DNA from: an uncultured Acidobacteriota bacterium
Lineage (GTDB): Bacteria; Acidobacteriota; Polarisedimenticolia; J045
Assembly (NCBI GenBank): GCA_963702545.1
Contig: CAVPDB010000001.1
Coordinates: 972-64,971, forward strand
Direction: 5' to 3'
DNA length: 64,000 nt
Positions 57,709-64,000 of the stretch are shown piece after piece; position 1 is the stretch's first letter, and every line of letters begins with the position of its first letter. The position numbers were made by a program, and so were the translations under genes. Under the pieces are notes generated by a model, which saw nothing but the letters and a program-made list of their open reading frames with translations, ran no database searches and had not been told where the DNA came from.

Positions 57709-59130
57709 CTAACCGACCGAGCCTTCCATTTCGAGCTGGATCAGGCGGTTCAGCTCCACCGCGTACTCCATCGGCAGCTCCTTGGTGAAGGGCTCGATGA
57801 AGCCGTTGACGATCATCAGCGTCGCCTCCTCGGCGGAGATGCCGCGGCTCATCAGGTAGAAGAGCTGCTCCTCGCCCACCTTGCTGACCGTCGCCTCGTG
57901 CTCGACCCGCACCTCCTGTTCGCCGATCTCCATCGTCGGATAGGTGTCCGAGCGCGAGTCGGGGTCGAGGATCAGCGCGTCGCAGCGGACGTTGACCTTG
58001 CTGCCGTGCGCGCCGGGGTGGACCTTGACCATCCCGCGGTACGAGCCGCGGCCGCCGTCCTTGGAGATCGACTTGCTGGTGATGGTCGAGGTCGTGTTGG
58101 GCGCGGCGTGGATCACCTTGGCGCCGGCGTCCTGGTGCTGCCCCTTGCCCGAGAACGCGACCGACAGGACCTCGCCGTGGGCCCGCTCGCCGATCAGGTA
58201 GATCGCGGGGTACTTCATCGTCAGCTTCGAGCCGAGGTTCCCGTCGACCCACAGCACCCGCGCGTCGGCGTGCGCCATCGCCCGCTTCGTGACCAGGTTG
58301 TAGACGTTCTTCGACCAGTTCTGGATCGTCGTGTAGCGGATCTCGGCGCCCCTCATCGCGATCAGCTCGACGACCGCCGAGTGCAGCGAGTCGCGGCTGT
58401 AGACCGGCGCGGTGCAGCCCTCGATGTAGTGCACCGAGGAGCCTTCCTCGGCGATGATCAGCGTCCTTTCGAACTGCCCCATCGCCTCCTTGTTGATCCG
58501 GAAGTAGGCCTGCAGCGGGATTGCGACCTTCACCCCCTTCGGGATGTAGACGAACGATCCGCCCGACCAGACCGCGGAGTTGAGCGCCGCGAACTTGTTG
58601 TCGTCCGGCGGGATCACCGTGGCGAAGTACTTCCGGACGATCTCCGGGTGCTGGCGCAGGCCGTCGTCCATCGACATGAAGAGCACGCCCAGGCGCTCCA
58701 GCTCCTTGTTCATCGAGTGGTAGATGACCTCGGATTCGTACTGGGCCGTGACGCCGGCCAGGAACTTGCGCTCGGCCTCGGGCACGCCCAGCCGCTCGAA
58801 GGTCTCCTTGATCTCGCTCGGGACCTCGTTCCAGTCGGTCGACTGGCGGTCCTCGGGCCGCAGGTAGTAGGTGATGTCGTCGAAGAGGATGTCACGCAGC
58901 AGCCCGGTGTTGCCCCAGGAGGGCATCGGCTTGGCGAGGAAGACCTGGTAGGCCCTGAGCCGCAACTCGGCCATCCAGTCCGGCTCGCCCTTGATCGCGG
59001 AGATCTGGCGGACCACGTCCTCGGTGAGGCCGCGGCCGGTGTCGTAGACCTTCCGCTCGGGCATCGAGAAGCCGTACTTCTCCTCGTATCCCTTGTTGAG
59101 GTCGAGGTCCTGGCGCGGGGTCGTGCTCAT
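57709..59130 (-). CDS. sufB: Fe-S cluster assembly protein SufB
   Basis: 473 aa with highly conserved blocks such as [24 protein letters not shown] and FYLMSRGI. Confidence 0.95.
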   Translation of the reverse strand: MSTTPRQDLDLNKGYEEKYGFSMPERKVYDTGRGLTEDVVRQISAIKGEPDWMAELRLRAYQVFLAKPMPSWGNTGLLRDILFDDITYYLRPEDRQSTDWNEVPSEIKETFERLGVPEAERKFLAGVTAQYESEVIYHSMNKELERLGVLFMSMDDGLRQHPEIVRKYFATVIPPDDNKFAALNSAVWSGGSFVYIPKGVKVAIPLQAYFRINKEAMGQFERTLIIAEEGSSVHYIEGCTAPVYSRDSLHSAVVELIAMRGAEIRYTTIQNWSKNVYNLVTKRAMAHADARVLWVDGNLGSKLTMKYPAIYLIGERAHGEVLSVAFSGKGQHQDAGAKVIHAAPNTTSTITSKSISKDGGRGSYRGMVKVHPGAHGSKVNVRCDALILDPDSRSDTYPTMEIGEQEVRVEHEATVSKVGEEQLFYLMSRGISAEEATLMIVNGFIEPFTKELPMEYAVELNRLIQLEMEGSVG

Positions 59131-59912
59131 CGGGCCGCCTCTCCGACGCCGGCGCCGGCGTCCGCGTCGAGCCAGTCGTAGCCGCGCTCTTCCAGCTCGA
59201 AGGCCAGCTCGGGCCCGCCGGAGCGCACGATCCGTCCGTCGATCATGACGTGGACGCGATCCGGCTGGACGTAGCGCAGGATCCGCTGGTAGTGCGTGAC
59301 GACCAGGAAGCCGCGCTCGGGCGAGCGCAGCCGGTTGATCCCCTCGGAGACGATCCGCAGCGCGTCGATGTCCAGGCCCGAGTCGGTCTCATCGAGCACC
59401 GCCAGCGTCGGCTGCAGCAGGCTCATCTGGAGCATCTCGAGCCGCTTCTTCTCGCCGCCCGAGAAGCCGTCGTTGGCGTAGCGGGTGGCGAAGGCGTGGT
59501 CGACCCCCAGCTCGTCCATCGCGGCGGTCACGGTCCGGCGGAAGTCCTTGACCGGGGCGTCAACGCCGCGCGTCGCGCGCAGCGCGGCGCGCAGGAAGTT
59601 GGCGACGGTCACGCCGGGGATCGCCATCGGGTACTGGAAGGCGAGGAAGATCCCCAGCCGGGCGCGGGCGTCCGTCGGCAGCTCGGCAAGATCCTGCCCC
59701 TGGAAGAGGATCCGGCCGCCCGTCACCTCGTAGCGCGGGTGACCCATGATCGCGTAGGAGAGGGTGCTCTTGCCGCTGCCGTTGCGGCCCATCAGGGCGT
59801 GGACCTCGCCGCGGTTCACGGCCAGGTCGACGCCGCGCAGGATCTCCTTGCCCTCGATGCGGACGTGGAGGCCTTCGATCTGGAGCAGCGGGGAGACGGG
59901 GGAGTGGCTCAT
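59127..59912 (-). CDS. sufC: Fe-S cluster assembly ATPase SufC
   Basis: [18 protein letters not shown] and [11 protein letters not shown]. Confidence 0.95.
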   Translation of the reverse strand: MSHSPVSPLLQIEGLHVRIEGKEILRGVDLAVNRGEVHALMGRNGSGKSTLSYAIMGHPRYEVTGGRILFQGQDLAELPTDARARLGIFLAFQYPMAIPGVTVANFLRAALRATRGVDAPVKDFRRTVTAAMDELGVDHAFATRYANDGFSGGEKKRLEMLQMSLLQPTLAVLDETDSGLDIDALRIVSEGINRLRSPERGFLVVTHYQRILRYVQPDRVHVMIDGRIVRSGGPELAFELEERGYDWLDADAGAGVGEAAR

Positions 59913-59925
59913 CGGGGGTTCCTTC

Positions 59926-60453
59926 TCAGCGGGATTCGGCGGCGGGGACGGAAAGGGCCGCAGCGGGCAGGCGGTGGCCCGGAGTCAGCGAAGGCGCGGT
60001 GGCGAGGTCGCCGGCGATCCGGCGCACCCGGTCGTCGACGAGAGCCTCCGAGCGCGCCACCACGTCGGCCAGGGTGACCGAGGAGAGGAAGTTGTGGATC
60101 AGGCTGCCGAGGTGCGCCCAGACCGGGCGGAGCCCGCAGCCGGCGTCGTGCACGCAGCCGGCGCCGTCGGTGCCGCTCTTGCAGCGCTCGAACTCGAAGA
60201 CGGCACCGTTCATCCCCTCGATGATCTCGGAGACCGCGATCTCCCCCGGGGGGCGCGCCAGCAGGTAGCCGCCCTCCTTGCCGCGGAGGCTGGTGACCAG
60301 GCCGATCGCGCGCAGGCGGGCCAGGATCTTCGCGGCGTTCTCGAGCGAGAGCCCTTCGGCCGCGGCGATCTCTCCGATCGTCAGCTTGCGCTGGGAGCGG
60401 GCGAGCTGGGACAGGCAGCGGATCCCGTACTCTTCGAGGCTGCTGATCTTCAT
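59926..60453 (-). CDS. Rrf2 family transcriptional regulator (IscR/SufR-role candidate) with Cys cluster
   Basis: The wHTH region is [44 protein letters not shown]. The Cys pattern is C-x8-C-x5-C ([18 protein letters not shown]). It is the first gene of the suf operon. Confidence 0.85.
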   Translation of the reverse strand: MKISSLEEYGIRCLSQLARSQRKLTIGEIAAAEGLSLENAAKILARLRAIGLVTSLRGKEGGYLLARPPGEIAVSEIIEGMNGAVFEFERCKSGTDGAGCVHDAGCGLRPVWAHLGSLIHNFLSSVTLADVVARSEALVDDRVRRIAGDLATAPSLTPGHRLPAAALSVPAAESR

Positions 60454-60486
60454 CGCGGGCGCTCCCGTCGGGGTCTGGACGGGAGC

Positions 60487-60515
60487 AGTATACGCAATCT
60501 GGAAACATCTATCAA
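60487..60515 (-). promoter_or_regulatory. Strong sigma70-like promoter of the Rrf2-suf operon (TTGATA-N17-TATACT on the minus strand)
   Basis: The plus strand reads agtata at 60487-60492 and tatcaa at 60510-60515. It sits in the only markedly AT-rich patch of the window. A hairpin CTCCCGTC...GACGGGAG (60456-60484) lies in the leader. Confidence 0.55.
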
Positions 60516-60565
60516 GTTTAACTTAACGCGTTGACTCTAAGCCTCTTACGGCTCAGGGGCCGAAC

Positions 60566-63500
60566 CTAGGGGCAGGTCGTGGCCGGGGTGCGGGCGGCGC
60601 CGTTCGAGGAGCGTCCCAGGGAGCCGGTCCCGCCCGGGAAATCGCCCGAGGCGAGGTACCCGAAGGCCTGGCCGGGCGCCGGGTTCTCGGCCGCCGGCGT
60701 GTACAGGGTGCGGACCGCGTTGTGGTAGCAGTCCCCGGCATTCGGTGGCGGCCCGGGGCCCGCCAGCACGCTCCGGTACACCTGGTACGAAAGGGCGCTC
60801 TTCTCGGGCTCCCAGGCGACCCAGTCCCAGGGCGCCCCCTGGGCGCCCCGCGGCCGCATGACGAGCCGCTCGTTCAGGCGGTCGTCGCCGTCGCAGGCGT
60901 TCCCGGTGGCGTCACCGTCCTCGTCGGCCTGGCTGCGGTTGGGCGCCAACGTGCAGTTGTCGTCGCAGTTGAGCGTCTGGCCCGGCAGGCACGGCTTGTC
61001 GCCGACGCGGCCGCTGTTGTCGCCGTCGTTCCGGATCCCGTCGTTGTCGGCGTCGGGGTCCTGGTTGTTGTTCGTCCCGTCGCCGTCTTCGTCGTTGTCA
61101 CACCGCCCCTGGCGGCCGTCGCCGTCGATGTCCGGCTCGCCGAGATTCTGGCTGGTGGCGCAGGTGTCGCAGACGTCGCCGATCCCATCCCCGTCGGTGT
61201 CGCGGTTGGTCGGGTCGGCGACGAAGGGGCAGCGGTCGAGCTGGCCGCACAGGCCGTCGCCGTCCTTGTCGTTGAAGGCGTCCTGCGAGCAACTGTCGCA
61301 GGCGTCACCCTTGAGGTCGAAGTCGGCGTCGGCCTGCGACGGGTTGGCCGTGCTGGGGCAGTTGTCGGCGCAGTTGCGCAGGCCGTCCGCGTCCGAGTCC
61401 TGCTCGGTCGACGGGACCGCCGGCCACGCCGGGTCGCTGCAGTCGTTGTTCTTGCCGTCGCAGAGCTGCGGGGCGCCGGGGTAGACCGACGGGTCGGCGT
61501 CGTTGCAGTCCCCGCCGGGCTGGCAGGCGGCGCTCTTGATCCCGTCGTTGTCGGCGTCGGGACAGCTCGTCGGGCAGTCCGGGTCGGCGGCATCGGTGAA
61601 GGTGTCGCAGTCGTCGTCGAGTCCGTTGCTGCAGAGCTCGGGCTTGCCCGGCCGGACATTCGAGTTGGCGTCGTTGCAGTCGCCCTGGCACTCCGACAGT
61701 CCGTCCACGTCGTTGTCGACTTCGCCCGGTGGCACGGTCGGCCACGACGGGTCGCTGCAGTTGTTGTTCTTGCCGTCGCAGAGCTGCGGGGCGCCGGGGT
61801 AGACCGAGTTGTCGGCGTCCTGGCAGTCGCCGCGGCACTCGGAGGTCCCGTCGCCGTCGTTGTCGACTTCGCCCGGTGGCACGGTCGGCCACGACGGGTC
61901 GCTGCAGTTGTTGTTCTTGCCGTCGCAGAGCTGCGGGGCGCCGGGGTAGACCGAGTTGTCGGCGTCCTGGCAGTCGCCGCGGCACTCGGAGGTCCCGTCG
62001 CCGTCGTTGTCGACTTCGCCCGGTGGCACGGTCGGCCACGACGGGTCGCTGCAGTTGTTGTTCTTGCCGTCGCAGAGCTGCGGGGCGCCGGGGTAGACCG
62101 AGTTGTCGGCGTCGTTGCAGTCCCCGCCGGGCTGGCACGCCACGCTCTTCACCCCGTCGCCGTCGGCGTCGGGGCAAACGGGGATGCACTCCGGGTCGGC
62201 TGCGTCGGTGAAGGTGTCGCAGTCATCGTCGATCCCGTTGTTGCAGACCTCCGGCACGCCGGGCCGGACGTTCGGGTTGGCGTCGTCGCAGTCCCCCTGG
62301 CACTCGGCGGTCCCGTCGCCGTCGTTGTCCACCTCCCCGGGCGGTACTGCAGGCCAGGTGGCGTTGCTGCAGTCGTTGTTCTTCCCGTCGCACAGTTGCG
62401 GCGCGCCGGGGAAGACCGAGCCGTCGGCGTCGTTGCAGTCGCCCCGGCATTCGGAGGTCCCGTCGCCATCGTTGTCGACTTCGCCCGGCGGAACGGTCGG
62501 CCACGACGGGTCGCTGCAGTTGTTGTTCTGGCCGTCGCAGAGCTGGGGGGCGCCCGGATAGACGGTGCCGTCGGAATCCCGGCAGTCGCCCCGGCACTCG
62601 GAGGTTCCGTCGCCGTCGTCGTCGCGCTCGGTCCCGGGGACGGCCGGCCAGGCGGGATCGCTGCAGTCGTTGTTCTTCCCGTCGCAGAGCTGCGGCGCGC
62701 CGGGGAAGGTGCTGGCGTCGGCGTCGTCGCAGTCGGCGCAGCCGGGGTAGGTGTCGCCGTCTCCGTCGGCCTGGGCGCCCGGGGCGTAGCGGCTGCCGCT
62801 GCCCAGCGTGCTGCCGCCGAGCCCGCCCCAGGCGAGCATCTCGCTGCCGGTCCAGCGGGCGGCGTGCAGGTGGCGCGCCGACGGCGCCTCGACCAGCGTG
62901 GTCGGCGACCAGGTGCCGCTGGCCAGCGCGAAGCGCCCGCCGCTCTGCAGGCTGCCGTTCCCGAGGCCGCCCCAGACGATCATCTCGGTCCCGGTCAGGA
63001 CCGCGGTGTGGTAGTAGCGCGGCACGGGGGCGCCGAGCGACGGCAAGGCCGTCCAGCTGTCGTCGGCGGGTCGGTAGCGGGAGCCGTCACCGAGTTGGCC
63101 CGCGCCGTAACCGCCCCAGACGATCATCTCGGTCCCGGTCCAGACCGCGGTGTGGTGGTAGCGCGGGGACGGCGCGCCGCCGGTCCGCATCGAGGACCAG
63201 CGGTCGGTCACCGGGTTGTAGCGCCGCCCGTCGCCCTGGATCTCGGCCGCCTCACCGCCCCAGACGATCATCTCGCTGCCGGTCCAGACGGCCGTGTGCC
63301 AGCGCCGGAACGAGGGAGCGGTGGTGGTGTCGGTCGGGAGCCAACCGTCGCCCACCGGGTCGTAGCGCCCGCCGGTGTCGGTCGGGATCCCGGTTTCCTT
63401 CCCGCCCCAGACGATCATCCGGCTCCCGGTCCAGACCGCGCTGTGGCCCCAGCGCGGCGTCGGGACGCCGGCCGCCGAGGTCGGGAACCAGAGATCACCC

Positions 63501-64000
63501 GCGGGGTCGTACCGGCCGCCCGAGTTGAGCCGGGTGTCCTCGGCCTGGCGGCCGCCCCACACGATCAGCCGGGTGCCGGTCCAGACCGCCGTGTGGTCCT
63601 TGCGCGGCACCGGGGAGCCCATCGCGGTCACCGCGCGCCAGGCGTCGGTCGCGGGCTCGTAGCGCGCGCCGTCGCCCAGGTCGACCTCGTCGGCCCCGCC
63701 CCAGACGATGAACTCGGCGCCGGTCCAGGTCCCGCTGTGGCGCGCCCGCCGGGCCGGCCCCGCGCCGCGCGAGATCGCCTGCCAGGCCGGCGCCTGGGGC
63801 GTCCAGCGCCCGCCGGTGTCCTCGCTGCGCGTCGCGCTCCGTCCGCCCCAGATCAGCATCTCGGTGCCGGTGAAGACCGCGGCGTGGAACCGCCGCGCGC
63901 TCGGGGCGCCGGCCACAGGGATCTCGGTCCAGGTGTCGGCGGACGGGTTGTACGCGCCGCCGGTCGCGAGCAGTTCGCCGGCGCCGGACGACTCGCCACC
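60566..64000 (-). CDS. Giant secreted repeat protein whose N-terminal end lies beyond the window edge: Kelch-like beta-propeller repeats, ~10 Cys-rich MopE-like 'putative metal-binding' repeats, thrombospondin type-3 Ca-binding repeats, Cys-bracketed C-terminal domain
   Basis: ORF 60566-63916 continues in frame to the window end. It has 11 or more W.G.EMIVWGG...RY.P..D.W units, repeated D(C/A)DD.D..V(Y/F)PGAPQLCDGKNNDC units, and D.D.DG..D..DNCP runs. Confidence 0.8.
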   Translation of the reverse strand, partial: GGESSGAGELLATGGAYNPSADTWTEIPVAGAPSARRFHAAVFTGTEMLIWGGRSATRSEDTGGRWTPQAPAWQAISRGAGPARRARHSGTWTGAEFIVWGGADEVDLGDGARYEPATDAWRAVTAMGSPVPRKDHTAVWTGTRLIVWGGRQAEDTRLNSGGRYDPAGDLWFPTSAAGVPTPRWGHSAVWTGSRMIVWGGKETGIPTDTGGRYDPVGDGWLPTDTTTAPSFRRWHTAVWTGSEMIVWGGEAAEIQGDGRRYNPVTDRWSSMRTGGAPSPRYHHTAVWTGTEMIVWGGYGAGQLGDGSRYRPADDSWTALPSLGAPVPRYYHTAVLTGTEMIVWGGLGNGSLQSGGRFALASGTWSPTTLVEAPSARHLHAARWTGSEMLAWGGLGGSTLGSGSRYAPGAQADGDGDTYPGCADCDDADASTFPGAPQLCDGKNNDCSDPAWPAVPGTERDDDGDGTSECRGDCRDSDGTVYPGAPQLCDGQNNNCSDPSWPTVPPGEVDNDGDGTSECRGDCNDADGSVFPGAPQLCDGKNNDCSNATWPAVPPGEVDNDGDGTAECQGDCDDANPNVRPGVPEVCNNGIDDDCDTFTDAADPECIPVCPDADGDGVKSVACQPGGDCNDADNSVYPGAPQLCDGKNNNCSDPSWPTVPPGEVDNDGDGTSECRGDCQDADNSVYPGAPQLCDGKNNNCSDPSWPTVPPGEVDNDGDGTSECRGDCQDADNSVYPGAPQLCDGKNNNCSDPSWPTVPPGEVDNDVDGLSECQGDCNDANSNVRPGKPELCSNGLDDDCDTFTDAADPDCPTSCPDADNDGIKSAACQPGGDCNDADPSVYPGAPQLCDGKNNDCSDPAWPAVPSTEQDSDADGLRNCADNCPSTANPSQADADFDLKGDACDSCSQDAFNDKDGDGLCGQLDRCPFVADPTNRDTDGDGIGDVCDTCATSQNLGEPDIDGDGRQGRCDNDEDGDGTNNNQDPDADNDGIRNDGDNSGRVGDKPCLPGQTLNCDDNCTLAPNRSQADEDGDATGNACDGDDRLNERLVMRPRGAQGAPWDWVAWEPEKSALSYQVYRSVLAGPGPPPNAGDCYHNAVRTLYTPAAENPAPGQAFGYLASGDFPGGTGSLGRSSNGAARTPATTCP
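61705..62112. repeat. Near-perfect 147-bp tandem repeat (about 2.8 units) inside the giant protein gene
   Basis: The landmark gccacgacgg recurs at 61741, 61888 and 62035. Units 61799-61945 and 61946-62092 look identical base for base. Each encodes a 49-aa unit GDCQDADNSVYPGAPQLCDGKNNNCSDPSWPTVPPGEVDNDGDGTSECR. Confidence 0.85.

Noticed and set aside
61400-62790. Diversity-generating retroelement target or phase-variable cassette in the repeat gene
   Set aside because: There is no reverse transcriptase, template repeat or recombinase nearby. The repeat differences are not adenine-specific and fit ordinary tandem-repeat evolution.

Overview
High-GC (about 70% or more by eye) bacterial chromosomal window. 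The gene content and a Kelch/MopE-like/TSP3 secreted giant protein suggest an Acidobacteriota- or Myxococcota-like Gram-negative (inference only). The window has two very different parts. (1) Positions 1-21679 form one spacer-less inverted duplication (hairpin palindrome) that pivots at about 10866 inside a truncated ispG. Each arm carries truA (partial in the left arm), ldcA, an M20 amidohydrolase, RNase P RNA, dnaB, a tesA/ybbA/ybbP-type module, a trpF-like gene, a ROK kinase and the 3' half of ispG. The arms are near-identical in the outer and middle parts. They carry reciprocal 1-nt frameshifts, and the inner right arm (10.9-13.7 kb) is heavily indel-ridden. My best reading is a fold-back chimera or assembly artefact, but a genuine palindromic duplication cannot be excluded from the sequence alone. 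(2) Positions 21.7-64 kb are unique and mostly housekeeping. They hold truA-uppS-cdsA-dxr-rseP, a ComEA-like gene plus pseudopilin, gcvT-gcvH, maf, a tetrahaem cytochrome fusion, a sigma region-4-only mini-protein, mutL and an SLT transglycosylase. Next come yceD-rpmF-plsX-fabD-fabG-acpP-fabF, a class-II-GAPDH-like gene, a permease-less regulatory PTS cluster (hprK-rapZ-EIIA-ptsH-ptsI), a MerR-HTH coiled-coil protein and tRNA-Pro(GGG). The last part holds a MacAB-type exporter with two separate permeases, a DUF4097 protein, an Rrf2-sufCBDSUT operon, and a giant secreted repeat protein whose N-terminal end lies beyond the window edge. A GTAGGGGCCGGC... palindromic REP-like family occupies three intergenic sites. 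I found no CRISPR array, transposase, integrase, rRNA or recognisable defence system. Many long Arg/Pro/Gly-rich ORFs in the track are GC-driven artefacts. Residual homopolymer frameshifts (dxr, an SH3b lipoprotein gene, ybbP) suggest an error-prone long-read assembly.
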